DNA from: Amphiscolops sp. MND2022
Lineage: Eukaryota
Direction of reading: 5' to 3'
DNA: 64,000 nt
NCBI GenBank assembly: GCA_964187785.1
Contig: OZ076420.1
Coordinates: 23,622,001-23,686,000, forward strand
A program made the translations under genes and the position numbers. This document shows, piece by piece, positions 1 to 11,392 of this stretch (the stretch's first letter is position 1; each line of letters starts with the position of its first letter). The notes beneath the pieces are model-generated. The model saw only the letters and a list, made by a program, of their open reading frames with translations. It made no database searches and had not been told where the DNA came from.

Positions 1-139
1 CTCCGCGGTAGCCCTGCTAGTATCGCCTGTTTCAGTTGGCCAGCCAAGACATAAAAAAACCTCGGATGTAATTTCACATCGATTTTCAACGAATCGTTCG
101 TTTTTATAGGACTTTTTAGGCAGCTGCTCTGGTAGAATA

Positions 140-430
140 CGGCCCCAAATTTTTTTCTGATAGAGTAAGATCTAAAGTTACTGATTTTGCTGAAATAGGG
201 CCGAAACTTGTATTTCTGATAGAATATCTAAAAATTTTGTATTTTTATGGAATAAAATCTAAATCACTGTATTTTGATGGAATAAGATCTAAAACACTGT
301 AATTTCATGGAATAAGACCTAAAATCAGTGTAGTTTGGTGGAAAACGGCTATAATGATTTTCCTGATAGAATAATATCTAAAACCATATATTTTGATGGA
401 ATTAGTCCCAAAATCACACTGGAAGGATAC
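140..430. repeat. Degenerate AT-rich tandem repeat, unit about 30 bp (consensus-like TGTATTTTGATGGAATAAGATCTAAAACAC)
   Basis: Recurrent TTTT(G/C)ATGGAATAAGA(T/C)CTAAAA blocks in tandem; boundaries approximate. Confidence 0.7.
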
Positions 431-465
431 CATTTTGGGATTGTTACTGATTTATTACCGGTGGA

Positions 466-662
466 GCCATCGGTGGCCAGAGGTGTATTTATCAATTTCC
501 ACCGGTGACCACCGATACAACATTCGGTGACCACCGGTGGATTTATCGGTGGACCACCGGTGGATTTATCGGTGGACCACCAGTGGCCACCGCAAAAGCT
601 GCGGATCCACCTCAGTGGTCCACCGGTGGGACTCCGGTGGATCATCGGTGACCACCGGTGGT
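466..662. repeat. GC-rich array of palindromic CCACCGGTGG units, including a 23-bp tandem unit CCACCGGTGGATTTATCGGTGGA
   Basis: Several copies of the self-complementary decamer and of CGGTG/CACCG half sites in AT-rich surroundings. Confidence 0.8.
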
Positions 663-2049
663 TTGCGATTGGTTTCCAACCCGGGTGCCTATACTGTAAA
701 CCATTCTCCATCCTATTTATACACTGAACACGGATAGAAAACAGTATTACTTCCGAAATACCTTTACTATTGAATACTTTTGAGCAAACCCAAAAAAATA
801 CCTTGAATTGTTTCGACATGGAGTGATTTGTTTGAACTTTATTTCGCAACACCTCTAAACATATTCTAAAGACTTTGCTCATTTCGGGCTTAAGCAGGTC
901 TTGGACTGCAGACGTTCTCATGTGCTGGAAATGTCGGAAATGAAGTTAAGTCCTGCTTAAATGCTATTGAGATTCAAATGTCACGGTGGGCAGCAATTAA
1001 CAGCGAGAAAAACTGTAACTTTTCTGTGTGAAACATAAATTGTGTAAATCCACAAAACGTATGCGAAAATCATGAAAACATTTTGTTCTTTCATTAGGAT
1101 ATTTTCCATTCTCCGACATCTTTATTCTGGTCAGTTTGTAGTCAGTTTCCTTTGTAGTCTTATTTGTAGTTCTCCTTTGTAGGTCTCCTTTGTAGTCTTA
1201 TTACAAAAAAAAACCAATGAGGATAGCTTTAAGGCTTCCAACCAGAACTAGTGTTACTGAAAATTCAACGAATTAGAAATTAGAACAGTGTTTGAGTATC
1301 ATGTTTATGAAATCTTCAAATTTTCCCTTAACCAGATACGAAATAGTTTCAAAAGTCTTTGCATTGGAACGCAAAATAGACAAACAAGAAATGGTAGTCT
1401 AAATATATGGAATCGCGCAGGAGAAAATGATAGGCTAGATTCTCGGGCAATCATACTCATCAATGCATTGCGCAAGTGGGGTGTTTTATTTACAGACGAA
1501 CTGATATGCGAAATGGACGAAAACTGTTTTCAAAATTACTACCACCACATTGCAGATCTCTACATTTTTGGAAATGGTGACTTGATTGATGTTATATGCA
1601 ATTAGAATTTTTTCAGCTGGATAGATTGAAGCGGTTAATTAAATGTCAAATCTCTACCACACACACACACACACAAAAAGAAAAAAAACTGAAAAAACAC
1701 AAAAAAATTCATTTCAAAAGGTTTCCTCTTGAAAAGCCTAAGCGCTTATAGGAAGCCTTTTCAGTGGCTAAATTATTTTATGTTTGCACTTTTATGTTTA
1801 TAATTTTCTATGACACTTATATATACAGCGCACCCTGATAAATTCAATTATTATTATTATTATGTCAACGCCGCTCACCCAATAAAAATTGCCTTCCAGA
1901 ACGTTTCAACGAAGTGGATTATGAGAAAACACTCAAATTTTACACTCTGAACAAAAAACTCTAAAGGTACAATATAGACATTCATTAGTTAGAAACAGTT
2001 TAATTGAAATCAACGGAAGCAAAAGTTTAGCTTTCTTCGATTTCTGATG

Positions 2050-2520
2050 GAAAGTCTTTTGTTTTTTAAAAAGTATGCTGGAATTCAATTTGAAATTGGT
2101 TTAACTCTTCTTGTATTGTCCCTTGTTTTTTTGCTCAGTTCTCGTGACTTTTTTTGCTGTATTTTGGTAAATGTTAGTTACATTTCGGAAACTCCAATCA
2201 GCACAAATTTCCAAAAAATGAGCAGTAACTGAGTGATAAAAATAAATTTCGAAAACTTACCAGTTTTGTTGAATAGTTTCTTCTTCCTTTCTTTTTCCAG
2301 AATCTCGAATCAGCCGTTTCATGAGAATTCTGAATCAGCCGAACTGCTGTTTTTGGGAGAAGCTGCAATTGGAATAACATACTATAAAAACGAAACCTCA
2401 AGAAATTGGCATGAAGCTACATTTTATGCTTCTTGACTTGTTTGATTGGATAAAAGTTTCTTGAATCAAAATTACGTTGACTTCGATGGTTCTTTCAGCA
2501 CGATAGCCAATCAGAGCGTT
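2050..2520 (-). pseudogene. Possible decayed LINE APE-endonuclease fragment
   Basis: Minus-strand translation gives VILIQETF (cf. IxxxQETW of APE endonucleases) and a KKKG patch; stops and frameshifts throughout. Confidence 0.3.
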
Positions 2521-2887
2521 TTGGTTCGAAAAAATAAACCTTATAGATAAAAACTGTCTTTTGTTTGTTAGTAAACGTGCAAAATTGATTCACTTTTGTT
2601 GAAATCAACATGGAACTTTTTGGTTTTGACATTTGGAAGAGTATTTCTGCTCAAGATGCAATATAAAAACCAGATTTTGAAGGTTCCAAAATAAAGCTCT
2701 CCGCTTAATTCTCAAAAAGTGCCAAATTTTTATTTGGCTTCCAAAAAACGCTGGAAGTTTCACACGTGGAAATTGTTAGAAGGGAACCGGAATATATTTT
2801 TCAAACTTGAAACCTCACAAAAAATAAAAAAAATCGAAAACAATCGCACAGTGCTGGAAAAAAAACAAAACGTAACTAACAAACTAT

Positions 2888-2965
2888 TGATCAGAGTGGG
2901 ATCTGAACCCACGAACTCTTGTTTCACCGCTTCTATCTACTAGACCATCTACTAGACCGTCTATC
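2888..2965 (-). other. tRNA-like (T-arm/B-box-like) fragment, possibly a SINE relic
   Basis: Minus strand reads CGTGGGTTCAGATCCCACTCTGATCA, resembling a tRNA-Leu/Ser 3' half; no convincing full cloverleaf. Confidence 0.25.
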
Positions 2966-3169
2966 TAGATACGGGTTAAAAGAGCGGGGTGAACAAAGTC
3001 TGGTCAACGAGTGGATCGTTCAGATACTCTTGTTATCTGAGAAAAAAAAACAAGATAAAAACTAGCCACCGGCTTCTAACATGGAAACATTGACAAACTG
3101 GTACCCTAATCAAAATTTTCGTCGAGGCCGTGAAATTTCAGTGTAATTAGAATGCGCTATATTGAACGC

Positions 3170-3711
3170 TAGTTTTGATGACCAAACACTGAGATCATTT
3201 GCGTTATTTATAGACCGCAAACGAAAAAATACTTTTTGGATGCTTTTGAGAAAACCATTCTGTTTATGAGATCCTTGAAACATGATTCCATAATATTTGA
3301 TAAAGACACTGTTAGGAGCCTTTTAGATAGAACCAAATCCGCAAACTTTGTATAATCGTGCAATCTCAAAATACAACATTTCTTAACAATCACGGTGACG
3401 CCGAAATCGAAATCTTGCATAGACCATGTAATCACTAGTTTTCCACTTAGAACCTGAACTATACCATCGTTTATTTCGGATCACTACGCGGTCGAACCTA
3501 TTATACCACTTCTACCGTGTGAATAGAAAACAATGTGTTTTTCCATAGGAGGATAAACTGAAAGGTCGAGATTTCTCTGAGTGTGGTATTTCTACTGATT
3601 CACTACCATGGTCTCAAATCACAATTCTCGACCATCAAGTTGATAATCGAAAGGCTGAAAAGTATTGACGAAAGAAACCAATTGTTTCGAAAGTGGATTG
3701 ACCAGCCACGT
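3170..3711 (+). pseudogene. CR1/L2-like LINE ORF2 relic, endonuclease part, interrupted by E1
   Basis: Translates to ICVIYRPQ...IIF-D...SKSCIDHVITS, typical APE endonuclease motifs; continues after the E1 3' LTR. Confidence 0.6.
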
Positions 3712-5404
3712 TGTCGCAGCCCGACAGCTGCGCTGGAACCGGAGTGCACCGATGAGAGAATAAGAACGATAGCGAACTTCACCCCACTATACAAAACTTC
3801 TCTACCCATGAAAACTTATGAAAACATTTGTGACAATGATGAATTGCTCATTTTGTTAATTGATGAAGTCATGTAAGTTTTTTAGAAACATACTTGAGGA
3901 ATGAATTTGATTTGTACACCATTGTGAACCCAGACCATGAATGAACACTAATTTCCCACCCCAGAATCCAAATCAGTGACTAATTTGTTACATAATTACA
4001 CTACATCTTCTGAGTTTGATGAAATCGGATGATTTTTTACCATTCACTACGCGCAATTATACAGTACAAGGATTACATTATAATCGCAATTATGCGATAA
4101 CTGAGCATTAAGTTATGCGGAAACATGCGGTACATCGTATGATGAGTACTCAGCATTATGCGGATTAACACTATGCGGCATCCCGCGTCTCTACAAGTGA
4201 AGTGTATTCGTCATCTTACTACGCGGCATCCCGCGTTTTGATAAAAGAAGTATACTCATTACTATACATATTTTGCTGTTTCACTATGCAGTATATGACA
4301 GTTGTTTGTCTCCTGCATACTCGTTTTTATACGTGTGTTTTCTTATGCGGTAATCAGCGGATTGGACGGTACCGCGTACTCGTCACAACGCGATCGCAGT
4401 AAGAAAAGGAGTGTCATTATTGTAACTTTACAATCCATAAAATATATTTTACATAACGGCTTTTCGGTCCTGTATAGAATTTTCTAGGGTCCCTTAGGAA
4501 CTTCGGGAGCGCGTTTCAACGAGTGCAATTGTGATATAAATAGAATGACGTTTGCTGATGTAATGCTATTTTGGTAAAAATTCCTTGGATGATTCCTCTA
4601 AAAAAGGATGTCATGGTCCCAATATTTTCCAAAATAGAGCTGTAATATTTGATAAAGTCATTCTCTTTAAAAACCCTCATCACAATCAGTTGCTAAACCT
4701 ACCTTTCCAAGATCATTGTACAACTTTTCTCCAAATAATTGCTGTTTCTAAACATTTGTTTTGGATCTGAAACACTTTGGTTCAATTCAAATTCTTTCCT
4801 AAAAAGCCAAATACAATTTTCACTTGAGCGAAAATGGGAAATAAGAGAACCCGGAGATCAAAGAGGTTTGAGACACCGTCCCCTCATAGAGAAGCAGAAG
4901 TAACTCAACCAGAAACCCTTAATTCAGGTAATGGGACTTTGATTAATTTTGATAACGTTGTTCAAGAAAGTTTAGGTGCGAATCCCTCAGGAAGCCAATT
5001 AACTGAACCTAGCACTAGTAACAACGAAATTCAAGCATGGAGCCAGATTATAGAGCAGAAAACCAATGACAGGATTGAAAAGATGAGAGAAGAAATGGAG
5101 AATAAACTAGACACAATTCTAAAAGAGATAAGATCAAGCAAGAGCATCTCAACAGTAACAAATCCAAGATCAGAAAACATAGAGAACTTAGATCCACAAC
5201 CATCGGGATCCAAGTCACATAGACCTACAGGAGTTCGCGCATCAGGAAATGATAGTTTTGATTCTGAAAACGAGGATAATCATTCCGTCAGAGCATCAGA
5301 CATGCATGAACTGAAGGAACCTGCAAAACCATTTTGTCAGAATAGATTTGAACTAGATGAAACATTAGTTTCAAACGAAGACTCTGATGAGGAGGATTAT
5401 CACA
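3712..5404 (+). repeat. E1 5' LTR (TGTCGCAG...TATCACA)
   Basis: Matches 17225-18917; only five substitutions spotted by eye. TATAAATA at 4535-4542 is a candidate TATA box. Confidence 0.96.
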
Positions 5405-6519
5405 TGGTGACAGGAGCCAACCGACAACTCCATAGGCAGAGTTCACAAAACCCTTTAAATGACACAATTGGATCCCACGCAAACCACAATTTGTCAAATT
5501 TGACAACAAAACCACTCGACCCAGTTAATCAGATCGCACTTGCCATAGAGAAATTGGCAAACAAAAATTCACCACAATCACTGTTTCATCCCAAAAATAC
5601 GCTTACTTTTAATGGAAAAAACGACAAAAATGAAAAATTTGAATACTTCGAAGACTTGTTCCACACAACACTTCGAATGCAACCAAACCTAACAGAAGAC
5701 ATGAAAATTAACCACTTTCACGCCCATCTCAGGGGTTTGGGACTTAAAACATTCAAAAACATCCAAAGAACCCCAACGACGACCATAGAAGATATCCTAA
5801 AGGTCTTTCGAAGAAAATATGTCAAACCAGAGTCCAGTGCCTCTGCGAAACACAGATTCAACAGACTCTCATTTGACCCCGAAAATCAGAAACTCCCGGA
5901 TTTCTTAGAAGAACTCCAAGAAAGCGCCGAAAAAGCATTTGGGGAAAATGCACACCATAAGATAGAGAATTTACTCTATGCAAAAATGCCTCCCCACCTC
6001 AAAAAGTCCATTAATCAAGCTTATCTTGAGAATGGCGCCTATGAACAAATAGTTAAACACCTTGAACGAGAAATGGAACTCAACGGTCTCGAGGCAGACG
6101 AACCACTCGTCAAAACCCAAATGACCGCTACTAAAAAAGAGGACACCACCGAAAAAACTAACAAAAAACAAAATGACAAAACCAAAAAACAAAACCCTAA
6201 AACTGTACCCGACAAAACCCTCAAGAATGACCAATGCCGTTACTGCAAGGAGACAGGACATATGATGGCCGATTGCCCTAAACTTGCTAAACGCCGCAAA
6301 CTTGAAGCAGACCCGGACGCTGAAAAATGCCAAACTTGCAACACACCCGGGCATGACGAAGAAAACTGTTATTTCGGGGCCAATATGGAAAACCGTCCGC
6401 CCAAATGGAATCTGACTGAAGCACAGAAAAAAGTCATTGAAGAGTATAAACAAGCCAAAAAACCAATCAAACCAAAAATGGAACGAACACAACAATCCTC
6501 ATCGAAGGATTTAAACTAG
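4834..6519 (+). CDS. gag: E1 Gag (561 aa), N-terminal 190 codons encoded inside the LTR
   Basis: Open frame with a capsid-like region (TFNGK...FEDLF) and two CCHC knuckles (CRYCKETGHMMADC, CQTCNTPGHDEENC). Confidence 0.92.
   Translation: MGNKRTRRSKRFETPSPHREAEVTQPETLNSGNGTLINFDNVVQESLGANPSGSQLTEPSTSNNEIQAWSQIIEQKTNDRIEKMREEMENKLDTILKEIRSSKSISTVTNPRSENIENLDPQPSGSKSHRPTGVRASGNDSFDSENEDNHSVRASDMHELKEPAKPFCQNRFELDETLVSNEDSDEEDYHMVTGANRQLHRQSSQNPLNDTIGSHANHNLSNLTTKPLDPVNQIALAIEKLANKNSPQSLFHPKNTLTFNGKNDKNEKFEYFEDLFHTTLRMQPNLTEDMKINHFHAHLRGLGLKTFKNIQRTPTTTIEDILKVFRRKYVKPESSASAKHRFNRLSFDPENQKLPDFLEELQESAEKAFGENAHHKIENLLYAKMPPHLKKSINQAYLENGAYEQIVKHLEREMELNGLEADEPLVKTQMTATKKEDTTEKTNKKQNDKTKKQNPKTVPDKTLKNDQCRYCKETGHMMADCPKLAKRRKLEADPDAEKCQTCNTPGHDEENCYFGANMENRPPKWNLTEAQKKVIEEYKQAKKPIKPKMERTQQSSSKDLN
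5405..5416 (+). promoter_or_regulatory. E1 primer-binding site TGGTGACAGGAG
   Basis: Starts with TGG immediately after the LTR's terminal CA; the same 12-mer follows the LTR ends at 40737 and 63601. One mismatch from the tRNA-Leu(CAG)-type PBS TGGTGTCAGGAG; primer tRNA unverified. Confidence 0.85.
6510..6516 (+). promoter_or_regulatory. Candidate -1 ribosomal frameshift heptamer T TTA AAC at the gag stop
   Basis: In the correct phase directly before the gag TAG; equivalent heptamers at 41770-41776 (AAAAAAC) and 60500-60506 (TTTAAAC). Confidence 0.8.
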
Positions 6520-6868
6520 AAACGCCACGCCTTTACACAGAATCTCCACAAAAACCCAACTCGTCTGATGACTGGCAGCATCAGTTGAGCCCAAAACTTA
6601 CAAAAACAATAATCGCACAACCTGAACTAACACCACAAACCTCTCAACACATAACCACTCAGAAGATTTATACGAACTCCTAGCCGATGCACCAGATAAC
6701 TACTTCACCAAACCACCAACACACCCCGAAACTGAACCAAACTCCAACATTCACCACGATTCCCCTATTAAAAACCATGTCACAATAAAAACTTCTTGCA
6801 GTGATACAAAACAACCTCTTCTAAATGAAGACCTAGCCGAACACCTACAATTTGACAAAGAACGAAAC

Positions 6869-9800
6869 TTGTCATATTTACCAATTTCAACATCCTTGAC
6901 ATTGAAGCGAAAACGACACATGTACTACATTCCAATGGACTTCGAAAAACTCACACTTGATGGTCTTATTGATACCGGAGCCCTTACAAGTGCAATCTCC
7001 GAACCAGACCTCAACAAAATCAAATTGCTTGCAAACGAAGCAATCAAAGAAACTGGTCCTCCACCGAATTTCCAAATTATGGTGGCAAACGGACAATTAG
7101 AAGTTCCCATTGGTACCGTACTACTAGAATTCGAAGTCGCAGACTTCATGTTAAAGGAAAACTTCATAATTATGAAAACCCTACCAAACCCACTCATTGG
7201 ATTGTGTTTCCTTCGTCGGAACAACGCCATTTTCGATGTCACACAAGGCATCTTAACCTTTCCTTACCTCTCAATGCAGCTCAAACCCGACACCCAAACA
7301 GCAATACGGCAAGCAACACCATTGTTTGCAGAAAATACCTACACTCTCCGGCCAGGCGAAACACTCGCCATAGCAAGCAAAATGCCCCATCTGATGGACC
7401 ATAACGCAACCGGAATAGTCACCCCATCACAACAATTCGAAAACCATGATAGTATTTTTATTACAGCATCACTTAGCACAGTCAATAATAATGCTATCGG
7501 CTATCAAATAATCAATTTTTCGGAATTGCCATATACAATAACCCTTGACACCCATTTAGCGGATTTCAAAATCCTCACCCCAGAACAAATCAAACACATT
7601 CAACCAGTAGACCCAGCAGTGCTATCGTTTATGATACAACATGACGAAACCACAGAAGTCTACATTAATGAACTCCTCAAAGTACCACAATCAAACTCTG
7701 AACAAGAATCGTACTGGTTCCCAACGCCAGAAGAACCAGGCGATCCCGCAACATACACTCCAATACAACAGCGTATCTACAACGAACTACTTGAATTAAA
7801 AGAGCTCGAAAAACTAAACCCACATGATAACGAATTATCCAGGACAACCTTCCTCTCAAATTTTGATTGGACTGACACCACACTCAGCATCGACGAACGA
7901 CGCGAAATCGAGGAAATTCTCGTCGAATTTCACGATATTTTCGCCAGACACCGTTTTGATATTGGGATAAATCGTGAATTCAAAGTTCAACTAACGCCAA
8001 ATGATGACAGACCAGCATATAGCCAAAGTGTGCCAACTCCCATTAACCTCAAAGATGACATCACAGTAGAACTTGCGCTTCTACATAAATATGGTATAAT
8101 TACAACCTTACCATTTTCCAAATATGCAAGCCCAATATTTGCTCAACGCAAACCTAATGGGCGCCTTCGACTTCTAGTCGACCTCAGGAAAATCAATAAT
8201 CTCATTACTGAAGATTACGCCAACAATAACCACCCGGTAAGCACTTTATCCGATGCAGCCCAGCACATGGCAGGGAAAAAACTCTTCTGCAAACTGGACT
8301 GCTCCCAGGCTTACCACTGCCTTCAAATGGCCGACTACCAATCTATCCAGATGCTCGCGTTTAACTTTGCAAGCAGAACATTTGCTTATCGACGCCTTGC
8401 CCAGGGTCTCAGTCGATCTCTCTCCGCATTTTCAAGCTTCATGAGAGAATACCTAGACAGAGCAATTAAAGCAGATCAATGTGCCCAATATGTCGATGAT
8501 ATCGGCATAGCAGCAAACGACACAAAACAATTGTGTATAAACATCAAAACTGTTTTTGAATGCATCCGATATGCAGGACTGAAACTCTCCATGCCGAAAT
8601 GCCATTTCGGCGTTAAACAAGTCGACTTTTTGGGACGCACAATCACACCAGATGGAGTTGCCCCTCAAGCCGACAAAGTGAAAGATTTTTTAGCAAAACT
8701 CAAATTCCCAAAATCGAAAAAAGCACTACAAAGGTATATCGGATTCTTGAGTTATTACCGAAACAATATACCCCGCCTTTCAGAACGACTCACCCCGTTT
8801 TTCAAACTCCTCAAAGAAACCTCCAAATTTTATGTCCCTACGAACTCGGTCGAAGACTTTACAAACCTCAATCAACTTTTGGAAAATTCTTGCCCACTCG
8901 CGTTGAAACAACCCTTGAAAGACAAACAACTCATAGTCATGTCCGATGCAAGCTTCACAGCTGCAGGATATGCCATCATGATTGAAGACGATCCCAATCA
9001 GAAGCTTCAATCCAAACGAAAAACCTACGCACCCATTGCATTTGGATCAAAAACGTTCAATCCAACACAAACGAAAATGTCAATCTATGCAAAAGAATTC
9101 CTCTCAATATATTTTGCATTCGTAGAGTTTGGACACCTCATGTGGGGGAGTACCTTCCCTGTCATCGTGTTCACGGATAATCGGTCTGTAACCCGGTTTT
9201 TTCAAACGAAAATGATTCCTCCAGCGCTTTGGAATGCATGCGATTATGTATTACAATACAATTTTGTAATCGCCCATGTAGCTGGATCGATGAACACAGC
9301 CGCCGATTTTTTATCTAGAACCGAAGTTAACCCAACCGAGAAGCTCGAAATGACAATTCGCAACGATATTCACACAAAAGCAATTGAAGTGAATATACAA
9401 TCAACTGGAATTGTCGAAGAAGAACAAATTTACATCCTTCCTGATGAAGAAATTGATGAAAATCAACTTTGGGAAGAAAAACAAAACACTCGCAATCAAG
9501 CACAAAACGAAACTCACAACGACCCAGAGAACGACGTCTCTGAATTACAACAATTTCACAAACCTACATCCGGATTGATCTCCTGCTCCTCTGGACACTT
9601 CAAGGACAATGCGAGGATACGCCTTGAACAGAACAATGACATAGTCCTTCGAAACCTGAGAGCCAAAATAGAAGGCGAACCGTTTGATGAAAATGAATTA
9701 GCTTCCGATTTCAGATATCAACACTACTTACAAAAAATAACACGAATCGAGATTAAACACGAAGTTCTCACACGAAAATACTATACGGACACAGGAATGA

Positions 9801-11392
9801 TCTCGCATTATCAAATCCTCTTACCAATCCAACTTCTTGAAGAACTACTTCAAGCCCTCCATGGACATAACTCAAACCATCCAGGAATTACCAAGATGAT
9901 TCAAGAAACACGTCAAAAGTATTACTACCCATGTATGGCCAAATACATAAAGAAATGGGTCAGTAATTGTCAGATTTGTATACAAACAAAACGTATCAAC
10001 AATGATCTCCTCAGAACCGAACTCCTTAATTGTCCCGAATGGGACCTTGGACCGGAAGACATCTTACAGATGGATATTTTGCCAAACCTCCCCCCAAGCG
10101 GAGGCTACGATCACATCATCACAGCAATAGATGTCTTCTCAAGGTATTTGTTTGCCTATCCTGTGACTCGAATTACCGCAACAGCAGTTTCAAAAGTCAT
10201 AATGGATATCTTATGCAAACACACCTACCTTCCAACAACTATAATCACGGATCTAGGCACTCAATTCAACGCACAAGTCACTCATGAAATTGTGGCAGTG
10301 CTTGGAATCGAAATGAAACATGCCACAATGAAACATGCACAAACCATAGGACTCTTAGAAAGAACCCATGCCTCAGTTAAAACACACCTCAAAGCCGCCA
10401 CAGGCGAATTCAGGAACAACTGGCACAAATATCTTCCTCTAGCAGTCCTTAATCATAACACAACATACCATGCATCACTCTGTTGTGAACCCTCACGAGT
10501 TTTCCATGGCCGCATACCACACAATATCCTTGACTACAAACTTGGATACAATCCAAATCCGAGGTATCAACCACAAACTGACATTGCAGAAGAAATTCAA
10601 AAGCGCATGAGAACACTTTTAGACCAAACTAAAAAGAATATCATGCAATCTTACCTTAAATACAAGGCCTACTACGATAGAAAAGCAAAAGCAGCCCCGT
10701 TGGAGACAACAGATTACTGCTATATTCTTAATCCAAAAGCCGATACACAAGCAACGAAAATACCATTCCGAGAATTCAGATGGTGTGGACCTTATAAAGT
10801 TGAAAAAGTGCTCCCTAACAATAACTACATTGTAAGGAGACTTGGCACAAATAAAACCCAACTACTACATCGGATTCGTTTGCGGAAATTCACACCGCAG
10901 GCCCCTTTAGCAGACATTTTTGTTCGCGAAACCGACTGGCAAAAAGATGATCAAATGACTATAGCAAATGATGATCTATATGCCCAATCATGGAACACGA
11001 ATTTTGGAGCAAATCCATTTGATGACATTCCCTCAGATGCAATACACAATACTGAGGATACTGAATATGTCCCAATTCAAATACCCGACAATAGCCGCCC
11101 ACCCTCCCCAGTATCTTCAAAAAATAGTGGGGGGAGCCCAGTGGATCAGACCACTGAACCAGATCAAAATCACGGAAATCATGCTGATGAAATCTCACAA
11201 CAATCAAATGATGATAATAACACCCAAAAAACTCAAAAAGACACAAATATTTCATCTGACGATGATATTCAAAAAACCACAGAAAATTCTCAAAATACCC
11301 CATTGCAAGAAGAACCCATAAATACCCGTGGTGAAAAATACAATTTACGTCCCAACCCCAACCCAAACTACTCTGACACTTACAGATACTAA
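6869..11392 (+). CDS. pol: E1 Pol: protease, RT, RNase H, integrase with GPY/F motif; the frame stays open upstream to about 6650
   Basis: LIDTGA (protease), YVDD (RT), MSDAS (RNase H), H-H-C-C and D-D-E (integrase), WCGPY. Confidence 0.97.
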   Translation: MSYLPISTSLTLKRKRHMYYIPMDFEKLTLDGLIDTGALTSAISEPDLNKIKLLANEAIKETGPPPNFQIMVANGQLEVPIGTVLLEFEVADFMLKENFIIMKTLPNPLIGLCFLRRNNAIFDVTQGILTFPYLSMQLKPDTQTAIRQATPLFAENTYTLRPGETLAIASKMPHLMDHNATGIVTPSQQFENHDSIFITASLSTVNNNAIGYQIINFSELPYTITLDTHLADFKILTPEQIKHIQPVDPAVLSFMIQHDETTEVYINELLKVPQSNSEQESYWFPTPEEPGDPATYTPIQQRIYNELLELKELEKLNPHDNELSRTTFLSNFDWTDTTLSIDERREIEEILVEFHDIFARHRFDIGINREFKVQLTPNDDRPAYSQSVPTPINLKDDITVELALLHKYGIITTLPFSKYASPIFAQRKPNGRLRLLVDLRKINNLITEDYANNNHPVSTLSDAAQHMAGKKLFCKLDCSQAYHCLQMADYQSIQMLAFNFASRTFAYRRLAQGLSRSLSAFSSFMREYLDRAIKADQCAQYVDDIGIAANDTKQLCINIKTVFECIRYAGLKLSMPKCHFGVKQVDFLGRTITPDGVAPQADKVKDFLAKLKFPKSKKALQRYIGFLSYYRNNIPRLSERLTPFFKLLKETSKFYVPTNSVEDFTNLNQLLENSCPLALKQPLKDKQLIVMSDASFTAAGYAIMIEDDPNQKLQSKRKTYAPIAFGSKTFNPTQTKMSIYAKEFLSIYFAFVEFGHLMWGSTFPVIVFTDNRSVTRFFQTKMIPPALWNACDYVLQYNFVIAHVAGSMNTAADFLSRTEVNPTEKLEMTIRNDIHTKAIEVNIQSTGIVEEEQIYILPDEEIDENQLWEEKQNTRNQAQNETHNDPENDVSELQQFHKPTSGLISCSSGHFKDNARIRLEQNNDIVLRNLRAKIEGEPFDENELASDFRYQHYLQKITRIEIKHEVLTRKYYTDTGMISHYQILLPIQLLEELLQALHGHNSNHPGITKMIQETRQKYYYPCMAKYIKKWVSNCQICIQTKRINNDLLRTELLNCPEWDLGPEDILQMDILPNLPPSGGYDHIITAIDVFSRYLFAYPVTRITATAVSKVIMDILCKHTYLPTTIITDLGTQFNAQVTHEIVAVLGIEMKHATMKHAQTIGLLERTHASVKTHLKAATGEFRNNWHKYLPLAVLNHNTTYHASLCCEPSRVFHGRIPHNILDYKLGYNPNPRYQPQTDIAEEIQKRMRTLLDQTKKNIMQSYLKYKAYYDRKAKAAPLETTDYCYILNPKADTQATKIPFREFRWCGPYKVEKVLPNNNYIVRRLGTNKTQLLHRIRLRKFTPQAPLADIFVRETDWQKDDQMTIANDDLYAQSWNTNFGANPFDDIPSDAIHNTEDTEYVPIQIPDNSRPPSPVSSKNSGGSPVDQTTEPDQNHGNHADEISQQSNDDNNTQKTQKDTNISSDDDIQKTTENSQNTPLQEEPINTRGEKYNLRPNPNPNYSDTYRY

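Noticed and set aside
140-662. Possible CRISPR array
   Set aside because: No identical repeats with unique constant-length spacers, no cas genes, eukaryotic context.
349-921. 190-aa minus-strand ORF
   Set aside because: It runs through the stop-poor palindromic array and has no recognisable domain.
1288-1605. 105-aa ORF
   Set aside because: May be the 3' tail of a LINE-like element, but no diagnostic motif supports any call.
5971-11366. Many short ORFs overlapping gag/pol on the opposite strand or in alternate frames (likewise in E2 and E3)
   Set aside because: Shadow ORFs of the long coding frames; no shared splice structure or conservation between families, unlike the downstream antisense gene.
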